Positions 24,715 to 38,024 of a DNA stretch of 64,000 bases are shown one piece after another; position 1 is the stretch's first letter; every line of letters starts with the position of its first letter. Source of the DNA: Dimorphilus gyrociliatus (lineage: Eukaryota > Animalia > Annelida); assembly GCA_904063045.1 (NCBI GenBank), contig CAJFCJ010000006.1, forward strand, positions 3,860,408-3,924,407. Reading direction: 5' to 3'. Below the pieces are notes generated by a model that did not search any database, had not been told where the DNA came from, and worked only from the letters and a program-made list of their open reading frames with translations. The translations under genes and the position numbers were made by a program.

Positions 24715-25590
24715 AAGGTAAGTTTAGTTGTATTTTTAGTCTAATCTCTTTCGTGTCAAAATAGAGATACTTAATTAACTAATCAATTAAATAGTAACAT
24801 ACAATGCAGGCTATTAAATTAAAAATTCCAGTACGTTTGTATAAAATAATAAAAATTGCATCAATATTAAATTCACTCGTGTTTGCATATAAATCTAGAA
24901 AATATTCAATGATAGCTCAAAATATTTTAATATTGATCTACGAATTGTCGCTCAAAGTGAACTAAGTCTTTTGTGCTATCTTTTCAACACGTTTCAAACC
25001 GTAGTACATAATTTTCTTGAATGATTAAATTTAAGATTCAAACTAGTAAATTGATATAGTAAAACAATTTTAAGGTGTACTCAAACAATTAGACGATGCT
25101 CTATATTACAGATTTATCTTATCTTTTCGGTATATATCCTTGCTAAATTTTAATATTGTGTATCGTCTATCATGTTTCTTTTTTGGAATACATATTCAAA
25201 ATTGAAAATGGCAATGCTTAACTATCTATCAACTAGTGGATTTCATAATAAATTTATGCAACTTACTTCCAAAGTATCGTAATACCCATCTCTTCCACGA
25301 TGAGACCATTGTGAAACAAGCGATAAAATAACAATGGTGATTAACTATTTCAGATGTCAGATAGACATACAAATAACGCTAAATATCGTTTTGATTTAAT
25401 CTCTCATATCATTATAACAAAGTGACACGAAAAGTCAAATTTATCGCGAGAGAAGTGGATTTGTTTCCTCGTATGATAAAATGCAGCTCTCAATGATTGG
25501 TTATAACCGGTTGGCGGCCAGTCAATTTCGTGAAGTGTGTAAACCGGTTTTCAACGGTTAGGCAAGAACCGGACCAAGTATGCTCTTAAA

Positions 25591-25610
25591 CTATATATAT
25601 ATATATATAT
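25591..25610. repeat. (TA)n microsatellite, intergenic
   Basis: Direct read of a TATATA... run; boundaries approximate. Confidence 0.75.
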
Positions 25611-26043
25611 AGATAATATTTTCATTTTGAATTGTTAAACGCAATCTCTTGATATTAGCACTTTACATAAGTGAACAGAGATTAAATTTGTAGTATAAGC
25701 CATTAGGTGTATTATTAAAAGATGGCAATAACAATTTTCAATAAAAAGTAAAATCTAAATATATATTCAAGATATAGTTGTTTAGTAATTACTTTCAAAG
25801 ATCTCAACGGTAAAAGGGAGCCTTAAATATAATTCCATTATTTAATAGTAACATTAAAAGTGTTATAAAGTAACTTTTAAAGGATTTATCATAAATTGTA
25901 CTAGACGATACCAGATGGCATTGTAATCGAAATGGACTATGTGAAATAAAAACTATTCATAGTTTTTTCTTACTATTCAAGTTAAAACGTTGTTCTATAT
26001 ATTATTACTTAATCCTGGGACGGGAACTTGTAAAAACACAACA

Positions 26044-27368
26044 ATGTCCTCTAGCTTAACAGATTACAATCTCAAAGAGAATTTAAAACAATTGCGTGCT
26101 CTTCTAATTTCAGGTAGTTCTTGGTACAAGTATTAAAATTAAAAACATATGAGCGATATTATAACAGATATAGTGGAAGCCTCTGGAAAAAATATATTCT
26201 TTTCCATCAGTAAACAAACAGCAGCAATGTAAGAATTTATTTGTCTATATTATAATATTTATAAAAATTCTGAAATTTGTTTATTAAAAACAGCGTTGAA
26301 AATATATTTATTGTTGCACTTGAATTTTCGGCTGATTTTTATAGAAGCTTTATAGAATTTCAAAAGTTTGTATTTTTATATAAATTCAATCATTTCCTTT
26401 GAGTATAATTTATGAAATATTTAAGTGCAGAAATTTTGGATTTACATTCAAATGTTGAACTTTGGGTAGAAGGGGAAAATGTAATTCGAAAGAATATTAT
26501 ATCATTCATTCAAGATATTGCATCAGTAAAGTTTCAAGCAAATACCTTAATTATTATCGATTGCTTCGATCCCATGTCAAATTGTTCAACAGTCTTGAAC
26601 CAAGTGTTGAATAAGTATATACTGAGACAGAAAGGTATAGAGAAAGTTAATTGAATATTAAATTACATTCCCTATTATTTATTCTAATTTACTTTTCATA
26701 TAATTAAAGAAAAAATTCGACCCTACATTATCGGATTATGCCATAGAGACGTAATAGAAATTAACGATATACAGACAATATTTCCTTTTCACATAAAATT
26801 ACGACCACCTAAATGTAAAACTAACCAATACGAATGTGATATCATAAAAAGGAAAAGCTCTGGTAAAATAGAATATACTGTGAGTAAATAGAAATCTTGA
26901 TTAATCACCATAACTTTTAAACTTTAAATTTTATTTAATAGCGAGAAGGTTTCAATTTTACTGATAAAAAAATAACTGGTAGTAATATATTATCGAATAA
27001 CCTGATAGAAAGTATTAAACAAGACAATACTGAGGTACCTGTTTTAATAAAGTCTTTTATGAAGTTATGTTTACATAATTGTTCATTAAGGCTGCTGATC
27101 CGACTAAAAATTTAAGTTTTAATCTCAATCTTACCGAAAAAGAAGAGGAAGCTCGAAGAAAATTACAACTGCCTTATGTACGAACGAACAAAAGGTATTT
27201 CAAATTAAATACTTTATTTATTAATTTATTGTTTACGTGAGAATGTCTTCCAGTACCCCAAAAGATGAAGGACCTAAAAGTGACTCGGGTAAGGGGAATA
27301 TCTATTACGAACCGGACGAAGCGGATGATTTTGATGAAGAAGATCCCGACGATGATTTAGACGTTTAA
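26044..27368 (+). CDS. ELP5: Elongator complex protein 5, multi-exon
   Basis: Diagnostic C-terminus ADPTKNLSFNLNLTEKEEEARRKLQLPY...GNIYYEPDEADDFDEEDPDDDLDV*. Confidence 0.85.
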
Positions 27369-27626
27369 ACTTTTTCCTTTCGTTAGAAGTTTTACATGAA
27401 TATGCTTTAAAGTCGCTACGAACATTATTGAATATGGAAAAATTGTCTGTTTATATTAAAAAATATATGAAAATACAGTATAACCTGTATATTTTGTTAA
27501 CAAAAGCTTTAATAGTCTTTGTTTAAAATATGTCTATAAGTAAATGAAATTATTGTAATAATATTATTTGAATTTACATTAATTTGAAATCAAATCGAGA
27601 GAAAAGAACATAGAATTGCCTTCAGA

Positions 27627-28060
27627 ATGAATGAAAACTTCCTATATAGAATACGAGAAGAGAGTTTAACATGCCGTGTTTGTCTTGAAACTTGGATTAA
27701 TAAATCTCCAATTTTGTTTCCATGTCAACACATCACCTGCGAATCATGTACTACTGGAGTAATGAAAAATTCAAAAAGCATTCACTCGTTTAAATGTCCA
27801 GTTTGTAGAAAAGTTGTAACAAAACTTGATGTAAAGAAATTTAGATTTTTTAGAACATTAGAACACGTCGGTTCAAAAGTGACGATAGGTAAACTCTTCC
27901 AGTCTATGAAATATGAATAGAATAATAGTTTTCTTTCTTAAAAGATCAAGCTTCTCAAACGGAATGGGAAAATAATGAAAGCGAGAAAACTGTTGATATT
28001 AACGAAATTCGAGATTACTTAATCAAGCAAAAGAAAAGAAAGTTGAATAATCTGATTTAG
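27627..28060 (+). CDS. Small C3HC4 RING-finger protein (about 125 aa), 2 exons
   Basis: CRVC...CQHITCESC...CPVC RING-HC. GT-AG intron after KVTI; exon 2 ends KQKKRKLNNLI*. Confidence 0.7.
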
Positions 28061-28354
28061 TAAATTTCTAGTTTACCCGGGAAATCAATACTTGACAATC
28101 CACTCCCCAAAACGTTATTGTAATGACATATAAGGACTTACTTATCAGACTTTGTAGAAACATTACTATTTTTGCACATAATTTTATTTAAACTCTACAA
28201 CGCTAAAAGCGCCACCTGTGTCTAGAGTGTGGCCTTTAATTGAGTGCGTAGCTTAGACTAATGTAAAGTGTTCCCTATAGCAGACGACAAAAAAAATTAA
28301 ATGCAACGCGAGAAAACTTTATATGTGCCACTTTTGCCAAATAAATAAATAATT

Positions 28355-30788
28355 ATGAAAATACTAAATGTTATAGGAATATTTTGTTGTTTTATATTCT
28401 TTATCAGTCTTGGTGACCTTCATTCGGTTCGTCGGAAAGTCATTTTTATCAGCTTGGATGGATTTAGATATGATTATTTGGAAAAAGTAAAAGATAAGAG
28501 AGGATATGCTTCTACACCTAACTTCAATCGAATAATAGAAGAAGGTGTTTACGTCAAGGACGGTATAACAAACGCTTTTATTACTAAAACATTTCCCAAT
28601 CATTGGAGTTTAGTTACTGGGAGATATGAAGAAAGTCATGGTCTTATTGGAAATGAAATGTTTGATCCAAGGAGAAACCAGGTATATATAATACCAAATT
28701 ATCAAGATATCAGAATTTAAAGATAAACTTCCTACTTACTTTTTTACTTATAAATCATTAGACTATGAATAATTTTATACACAGCGTAGACCTTTTTAGA
28801 AAGATATTTTTTTTTATGCTAGACAAACAGATGGTATAAGCAGCTAATGCAAGGTGTTTAACACTATATCTGGCAAACATATTTCATAATTTTTTTAACC
28901 CTATACTAAAACCTATAAATTCGTTATTCCATATGAATGATTAATTAGTTTAGTACTACTAAAAATTCGTTAAAATTACAATATTAAATAACTTATCACA
29001 TAATAAGATGTCGAGAAGGAAAATAATAAAAAATGCTTTGTTAAATATTACTAATATAGATAAAATCACAAATAATTAAGAAATATGTAATCATTAATAA
29101 ATCCTTTGTAAATGTTAAATATAGAACAAAGGCAGATAATTTATAATTGTTATAAAAAAATTATATCAATAGATTAATTCTAATGGTATGTTTGTCAGTG
29201 AGAAATGTTTTTACAATGTATAAATATCATGTGAGGCATAATATTGAAATACTATACACACTCTATTTATTATTATTGCTATTACTTGTATTATGAGCGT
29301 TTTAAACTTTATTTCCTTAGACTTTCAACTTAACTGCTGACGTTACCGATTCTTTTTGGTATAATAATGGGGATGGGAGTGGTGGTGAACCAATTTGGGT
29401 AACCAATCAACGGGCTGGAGGTGCTAGTGGAGTTTTATATTGGGTTGGAGATGGTGTTGTAATAAATGACCATAGGCCAACGAGATTTGAATTTTTTAAC
29501 TTTAAATATGCAAATGGTGACAAAGTACCAATAGATAAACTAATTAGGTGGTTCGATACAGAAGATTGTCCAATTAATCTTGGATTATTGTACTTTAGAC
29601 AGCCTGATGCTGCGGGGCATAAATTTGGGCCAGATTCAAATGAGGTTTTAGATGAAATTATAAAATTAGACGGATATATTGGATATTTAATAAAGAGATT
29701 GGAAGAAGTAGACATGTATGATGAGATGAACATAATTATCACGAGTGATCATGGAATGGCCGAATCGGATTCTGAAAAAGTAATCGTCTTGGATGACTAT
29801 CTTAAAGTAGACTATACATCTTATATGGACAGTCCAATTTATTCAATAGATCCTATTGACGGTAATTTAATACTTGTAAAATTTAGGTACTTTACTATAT
29901 CTCTCCATTCTTTGTTAGGTGTTTCAACGGTAGATGAAATTGTCAAAAGTTTATCCAAAGTTCAAAATATGAAAGTATATAGAAAGCAAGATATACCAGA
30001 ACATTTTCATTATAGGAACAACATACGAGTAAGATCGATAGTCCTCGTTGCGGATGTAGGTTGGAATATTGTAAAAACAAAGGAAGAGAAACAAAAATGG
30101 AGTAAGTTATAACTATAGTAAATTTTGTACAAATATTTAAACGCTCTACATCACATAAGACATATGAAAAACTGCATTTTAACAGCTGAAACGTGTTTGT
30201 TGTTTCTATGAATACGCTGTAAAAATTTATGCATTTATACAATATATAAGTTTATTTTTTGTATATAAATCCATATAAACTGTAGACACAGTATATACTT
30301 TATATACAGTGGCAAATATTATACTAATTCTCGTTTTTTTCTCTTTTTTTTTATTAGAAAGAAGGGGTTCTCACGGATACAATAACAGTATTAAAATTAT
30401 GCATCCATTTTTCGTTGCAAGGGGTCCTATTTTTAAGAAAAACTATACAGCCTCATCTTTTGAAAATGTTGATATATATCCCTTAATTTGTGAAATTGTT
30501 GATGCTAAACCCTACCCTAACAACGGTTCTCTTTCGAGAATCAGTCATATTATTATGAAAGAAAAGCTTTTTCACGTAACGACGACGTTCATCACATATG
30601 TGGCATCAATTGCTTTTGCGGCATTATTCTCCTCAATATTTTCCTTGGTTGCTTGTAGAGTGTATAGAATTCAACGACGCCACAAATATAATTCCAGCTA
30701 TCATGTTTCAATTAATGGCCTTCCGATGAACGAGACAGACAAGCAAGTTTTGCTTGACGATCCCGAATTGGAAAGCGAATTACCTTAG
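28355..30788 (+). CDS. Ectonucleotide pyrophosphatase/phosphodiesterase (ENPP4/5-like), type I membrane protein
   Basis: Signal peptide; ISLDGFR; catalytic TKTFPNHWSLVTG; YFRQPDAAGH; ITSDHGM; GSHGYNN; C-terminal TM helix. Confidence 0.9.
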
Positions 30789-31047
30789 AGACTTTTTTGT
30801 TAATTTTTTATGATTAAATTGAAAAAATAACATTCCAAAAATGCCTTAAGTTTTTAAAAATGATGATTGATTATTTACCCTTCAAATCCCTCTTTATTTG
30901 TTTTTATATTGATAAAATACATTTTTATAATGAAGAAAAAAAACAGTTTAGTCCAAGATTAGTTTTATTGTTTCGTTGATTGGTGCTGCCATCTATCGAT
31001 CGTGAGAAGAAATTGTTCGATAAAAAGAACTTTTATTACATAATATT

Positions 31048-32455
31048 CTATTTGTCAAATTTGGGCACGTATTCCAATCGATGGCCCGACAAAAGCGTAA
31101 CAGCATTTGCTTTAGTAACAGCTTTAGAAAATTTTTCTAGAGCCGAAGATATATTACTTTTAGGTAATGCGTCTTGTATATTGTGTTTTATAGGATTTTT
31201 TGGTGGACTAGATAAAGGTTGAATATAATCTTTGGGGAAAAGCCTTGAAGGCTTTCGACCATTTGATACTTTCTTAGTATGAACCGCCTTCTTAGAGGCT
31301 GATGGAGTCATAAAATCAGCAGGAGGATTTGTAGTGAGCTTTGAGAGATTCGATGAATCTTTAGTCTCTACGGACTTGTATATAGATTCAACTTTTTCTT
31401 CTGAGCTATTATCTGACGTTAGATCATCCAAATCCTTAGTTTGTCCATTATCCATACTTGAATCGTTTTCTTCGCCTTCATCATTGTCATTATTATCTTC
31501 TATTTCCCCTTCTACATCCCTTTGAATGATAGAGTTTTGTATACTACTTAATTTATTCTTTAAACGTTGTGCTTCAATACAACAGCAACATTTTTTACAT
31601 TCTTCAGATTCAATACAATTATCTGGGCTATAAATTCTATTCCAGCATTTTATTTGTGATCTAACAGAATTTCTACTTTCTTTTTTGCGTTCTTTATCAT
31701 TTAAACTTGTATTAATAGTCTCTACCCTACTCTTCCTTCGAGACGATTCAACACTAGTTTCTCTAGCTTCTCTAAACCGGTTAATCTGTTTTTTTTTTCA
31801 AAAGTAAATTGTTGCATTTTATATCATTTATAAGTCAATGAAAAAAGATACAATTTTCTACCTTAGAACTGGTTTCACCTCTTTCGAAACTTTTATTCCT
31901 ATTCTTTTTCGACTGTCTAACCTATTTATAATTAGAATATATAATTTATAAACACCACATATCTGATATTCATGTAGTAATTATCTATTACATTATTAAT
32001 TTCATCTTCTTTAGAATAAGGTTTTGTTTGTGTAGTTTGATTATGTACTTCCCCTTTATTCTAATTAAAGATAGGTTTATCAAAACGTTTATTAGTCTAA
32101 TGATATGAATAAATTATACTTTTGATAGATATGTTAAATGTTTGCCTTCATTAGTTGATCCTCTTTTTTTTAATTTTTCAACAGGCTCTTTAAGATTTCT
32201 CTCTTTTCTTTTTTCTTTATCATGTTTTAATGTCTTCTCGCTCTCCTTATTACATTGCTGTTGGACTGCAGAATAGCAAGGTGGTATAGATTGTAAAATT
32301 ATAATTGGCTGATTCGAAGAAGGATTTAAATAATAACACGGTGTAGCAGATTGACAAACTGGCTCTAATCGATTTTGCAAATCCTCCCCTTCTTGTTTAT
32401 CAATAAAATTAGGGTCATTTTTTGATATGAACTTTTTTTCTATCTTATGTGTCAT
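31048..32455 (-). CDS. Uncharacterised charged/low-complexity protein (orphan; 5' end uncertain)
   Basis: At least four open exon-like blocks joined by GT-AG introns. They include a Cys cluster (CWNRIYSPDNCIESEECKKCCCIE) and an acidic DVEGEIEDNNDNDEGEE stretch. No recognisable family. Confidence 0.45.
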
Positions 32456-33182
32456 TAACAGATAAGCAATAATCTACTTAAAAAAGTCTTATAATAGCAT
32501 AAAATTGATATACTTAAATCTCTTTGTTCAATAATAGATTTTTTTTTATTCTTTATCTTTTAAACTTGTTTTTCATATTATTTCAAATAATTTGTATGAC
32601 TAAAATGATTTAACATTGTTTTGAAGGGGTTTTTTCATTGATAAAGAAGTGTTTGCTTTAGTATTAAAAATCCTCTTGTATTGGAATAGACTTATAGATT
32701 TTGTTCAGTTTGATGAACTAATCAATAACGAAGCTCATTTAAAAATTATATCTATAAACTGTTTTAAGTTTAGAACAAAATGATATTATTTAAAGAAGAT
32801 TGTAACTTTTTTTGATAAAGATAGTGTGATGCAATTTCATTATAATTGCTATTAATAAAGGTGTTTCAAGGATTATATTAAACATACTACATGCTAAAGT
32901 AATCCACTCGCTGCTATAACTCTAAGATCAATATATTTTCAAGGTAATATTTATCAAGATAAGATTATTTCTGTATATGAAAAAACTGCTTTATTTCTCA
33001 ATTCTACTTTTATCAATACACTACTTAAAGTTAGAAAAGAGTAAATTTATTAAGTAAAAATTAATTAAAATATCAGCATCATTTATAGGATAACAGTAAA
33101 TGTGTAATAGGATCAATGTAAACATCTATGTTAAAAACAATGAAAATCGTGCTTTTTAAAAAATTTAGGACTTTCTTTTTTT

Positions 33183-36125
33183 TCATTGAAGTTCTTCAAG
33201 AGTTTCTTCAAGAGAGTTTAGGAGAATGTCGGCATGACCTTTTCCAAAGACCAAAGTTGGTCTAACGCGTACAGACGAAACACCGTTACCACCCAATAGA
33301 ACTCCTTTGGATTTCAGTGTCGATATAAGTTTATCCCTTGTCTCTACTGTTGGACAATCGAAGCATAAAAAGAGTCCAGCACCTCTAAGGTTCGTCATTA
33401 TTTTATTATATTTTTTCTGTGACGTAATGGAAATATTTATGATATTAAAAAAATAGTTTCACCATAACTTATCTAAATTTACCTGTAGCTCATTTAAATT
33501 ACTTCTCAAATATTCCCCTGTCACCTTGACCTGTGACAATAAATTTTCATCCTTGATAACCTTCACCATTTCTTCTAGCAACAGCACTTTTGTAGGATCG
33601 CCTGTAATAAAGAAAATAAAAATCTATTATGAACGGAAGTAGATAAATAAATCACACAAACCCATCCAAGTATTGAAAATACGGTAGGCTTCCCTGGGCA
33701 ATAGTTCATCTGTAGCATAAAAGCCTCCTGTCAGCATTTTTTTGCTAAATGTAACAACGTCTGGAGGATGTGGTAAATTCCATTGTTCGTGTTGCCAAAT
33801 AGTTCCAGTGGATCCTCCCCCCGTTTGTACTTCATCAACGTGAAAAAACACTCCTTTCTAAAAATATATTTAAGCGAAGAGAGATTTGTCAAGAATCTTT
33901 ATTTTACTACGAGAGTTACTAACTTCCTTGCAAATTGCTTGCACTTGACAAAAGAAATCAGCAGAAGCAGAATTATCTCCTCCTTCGCCTTGAATTGGTT
34001 CTACAATTAAGCCGGCAACAAATTTACCCCTTGCGTTGTATTCGTCAATTTTCCTTCTAACCTAAAAAACATTTACAGCAAAGAATTAAGGGTAATCTAC
34101 TCTTTATCCTTGAAAGAAAATTAAATATACATCTTCCAGGCAACGCGCTTCTTCCTGTTTATTTTCTTCAACGTTCTCTTCCAAAGGATATTTCAATTTT
34201 GGAAATGCTGCACAGGGCCAATCCATATGAGGATAATCCATTTTATGAATCCATTTCGTATGAGTTACGTTTAAACAACCTTCCAATTGTTTTACAGTAA
34301 ATAATACGATGTTATTGCATTACCATATGAACTAAATTACCCATTGATCTGCCGTGAAAGGCTCCGTCGAATCCTAGAATTACTAAATCTGGACATCCAG
34401 GCTCTTTGTTATAAACGCAGCTTTCTTTTTCTTCTTCTGTTGGCTCACCACGTTTTCTTCTCTATTTTATTTAGAAAGTACATTTAGAAAATAGTTTTCT
34501 CTCTTATTTAATATGTATTATACTAACTTGATAAGCGGTAAACATAAGTTTAAATGCTTGTTCATTAGAACAAGCACCGCAAGCCATAGTTGTAACATGT
34601 TTTAAGCCTTTGGGAGCAATCTAGAACAAAAAAGAATTTTGATCTATCTCACAATAAAGAAATTATTTTAAAAGAATTTACCGACAAAAGCGCCCTCTCT
34701 AGTTTATCAGGCCAATCAGCTGATGGAAAAATTCCCAAGGCAGGTCTATTGATGAAATGTGACTGCAAAAAAAGTGTTGTTTATAGAAGCAATTTAAGAG
34801 GCCTGCAAAAAAAAAATCAATATATTTCTCACCAAGTTTTGTGAATTTTTCATTACATCATGAAATCTCGGATGATTGTAGCCTAAAGAAAACAAAAATA
34901 GATTCAAAATTCTATAATATATTTACGTAAACGTATTTATATAAAATAGATACTCTAATAAAAGTAAAATTAACCAAGTGGTATTGATGAAATTTGAGTG
35001 AAAACATCCAAAAGTACGTTGTCATCAACATCAACAATATAATTTCCAATGGATTTTTCATAATTAACAAAAAAATTTATGGCCCCAGTATTCTGTAAAT
35101 TAAAAAAGAGAACGCAATTTCAATTGAAGATGATAACTGCAAATCAATTTTTAATTTAAATAATAAAAGAGGAAGAGAAATTGAAGAGAGAGAGAGAGAG
35201 AGGAGAGAAAGACAAATTTAACACTTGTTTTTCTATAAGAAAGAAAACAAATTTAATTTCAAAAATGAAAATGTCAGCTCTTATTCATTGTTTTTTAACC
35301 CAGTTTGATAAAATAATAATAAAATTCAAGGTTGTTTATCGAAAGTGCTAAAATTTTAAGTAGAGTTGCACAATTAAGGTATAACTTACAAATACGCATT
35401 ACAAGTTATTATAGTTTTATCATAATCTAATTCTACTTGATTTATCATCTACTTGTGATCGTCTACTCTCCAGATCTAGCGTTGATTATCAAGTCCTAAA
35501 GTCACAAAGTTAAAAATAAACTCTCTAGTGCACTTCTTCTTTCCTCTTACGTAAAGTAAAAAGAATAACAAACAATCTTTAAATTTAGGACAAAATTCCA
35601 TTTGTCAATCGACAGGGGGGGGCTTTTACTTTTCTTGTTATACATTAATGGGTTATGACTGTTTCTCAAAGAATTACATTTTACAGCTGTCTATTTAACA
35701 ACATTATCACGTGACTAATGCGGCCTTGGTCGTTAAACAGGGTAAAACATTGTAAAATAATTTTTAGACTATCTACAAATTAGAGACCTGTGGCCGTGCT
35801 AAATACCTACAATGATGTATGCATGACCTACTTTCCAGTAATTGAAGAGAGCCTAAAAGGAAGGAGAAAAAAAGAAATTATGCATAGGCCTACTTGGATT
35901 TTTCCTAATTTCTCCGTTAGAGCCAGAGTCTTCGGGCCTGGAATTGCTGTTTTAACATCTGGTTTTTTCGGTTCATTTTTCAGATAATTCACAGATGCAT
36001 ACTTGCGGACATGACCTGAAAAAAGTTGTCTATTTAGTATGGGGTAGGGTTAATATTAGATTGAACAAAATCAAAAGAAATAAAATACTTTTAAAGGATT
36101 TTTGTAAAAGTCGTCTTCCGAGCAT
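33183..36125 (-). CDS. ABAT: 4-aminobutyrate aminotransferase, mitochondrial (GABA-T), multi-exon
   Basis: Presequence [12 protein letters not shown]; TAIPGPKT; [12 protein letters not shown]...[12 protein letters not shown]; MACGACSNE; VDEVQTGGG; PLP lysine in [12 protein letters not shown]; [10 protein letters not shown]. Confidence 0.93.
35186..35207. repeat. (GA)n/(CT)n microsatellite in the long ABAT intron
   Basis: Direct read GAGAGAGAGAGAGAGAGGAGAG; boundaries approximate. Confidence 0.7.
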
Positions 36126-36493
36126 TGTGTATTCTGTTCAAGGAAATTGCGCGAGAATATATCTTGATTAGTTGCTGTTGGAAAAGGTACTGCAATCTGA
36201 AAATGTGTGTTGGACGGGGAGCAGACAAAAAGACAAGAACCATACTTTCTAGGACAAATCGCATGATTCAACCTTTTCTTCAAAATTTCAATGCTAAAAT
36301 TTTAAGAAAAGACTTTATATTTAATAGTAAAAAAAATATTTTATATGCTTTAAAATATTTAATATTAGCTTAAAATTATTTTTTAAAGTTCTTCAACTGT
36401 AGATGGCATTATTACTTACCGGAACTTGACAGTTTCATTCTGAATGTCATATAAGCTATATTTTTCTCAAAATACACGTATTACTTAAGAGAC

Positions 36494-37671
36494 ATGAGTG
36501 AAAAAAAGGAAATACCTAAAGCTGTAAAATTTTTATTTGGAGGATCAGCAGGGTAAGCAACAAAATTACTTAGCAACAACCTTTACAATGACTTTCAATT
36601 TCTATCTTATCGAGACACGTATGTGAATCCCTTGTACTTTGATAAAATGAAGTATAAAGTTACCAAAGAATATTTTAAGAAATTCTGCTGGAAAAGCGTA
36701 CAAAATTTCTGAAAATTATGCATTAAGAACGTCATTTTTAATCTAGAATGGGAGCCACTCTATTTGTCCAACCGTTGGATCTTATTAAAAATCGTATGCA
36801 GCTGAGCGGTGTTGGAGGAGAACTTCGAGCTCATAAAACAAGCTTTCATGCATTCACGAGTATTCTCAGAAATGAAGGAATTCTGGCTCTCTATGCTGGA
36901 TTATCGGCCGGTCTGTTAAGACAAGCGACGTACACAACGACCAGACTTGGTGTTTATACAATCTTGTTCGAAAAATTTTCACCCGAAGGCAAACCACCGA
37001 ATTTTTTAACAAAAGCTGCAATTGGTATGGCTGCAGGAGCAATCGGATCTTTTGTTGGCACTCCTGCCGATTTGTCGCTTATTCGTATGACAGCGGATGG
37101 GAGACTTCCAGTAGAAGACAGAAGAGGCTATAAAAATGTATTCAATGCATTGTTCAGAATATCAAAGGAAGAAGGAGTGTTGACTTTATGGAGAGGATGT
37201 GGTCCAACCATTGGTAGAGCTATGGTCGTTAATGCTGTGCAGTTGGCAACTTATTCACAAGCTAAACAGATTCTTCTGAGCACGAGATATTTCAAGGATG
37301 ATCTTTTCTGTCACTTTGTTGGAAGTATGATAAGTGGATTGGCCACAACCATAGCATCAATGCCGGTGGATATTGCCAAGACAAGAATTCAGAGTATGAA
37401 GGTAATAGATGGAAAACCTGAATATAGTGGAGCATTCGTAAGTTAAAGACATATTTCAACAGATGTTAATAATTCATTCTAAAAATTTTTCCAGAATGTC
37501 CTTTCAACTGTAATAAGGAAAGAGGGATTCTTTTCCTTGTGGAAAGGATTTACTCCTTACTATGCTCGTTTAGGACCTCATACAGTTATAACTTTCATCT
37601 TCCTGGAGCAGATGAATAAACTGTATAAGAAGTATGTCCTTAAGGATGAATCTTCTTCAGGCGGCTTATAA
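36494..37671 (+). CDS. SLC25A11: Mitochondrial 2-oxoglutarate/malate carrier, 3 exons
   Basis: KFLFGGSAGMGATLFVQPLDLIKNRMQ, LSAGLLRQATYTTTRLG, GTPADLSLIRM, SMPVDIAKTRIQ and YYARLGPHTV; three Px[D/E]xx[K/R] carrier motifs. Confidence 0.95.
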
Positions 37672-38024
37672 TTGTTTTGTTTGAATTATCTGCTTGAGTG
37701 TTAAGTGTTAAATTAAATCGAAAAAACAGAATATTAGAAAAGTTTATTTTTCTTTAGGGCATTATGCCAGTTTGAAAAAAATTACAAAACTTCCATGGGT
37801 TTACAGGCAATTTAATTTTGACTTTCCATGTCGTCTATGAATTCTTTGTCTCTTCTATAGCTGATCCTTAATTGTGAATGGCTGAATAGCAATCCAACAA
37901 TCTATAACTTAAAATAAATCATCCTTTAATTAATATCTACCAGTATAAGACATACTGTATACTTAAATAAGTCTAGTTTTATTAATCGGCTGAAAAATTT
38001 CATAAACACAACAGAAAAGAAATG

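Noticed and set aside
29862-29918. Stop-free 57-nt in-frame stretch in the ENPP gene (similarly 47102-47152 in CEP135) read through by the ORF finder
   Set aside because: Both have canonical GT-AG ends, intron-like composition and typical size. They are treated as ordinary introns; there is no evidence for retention.
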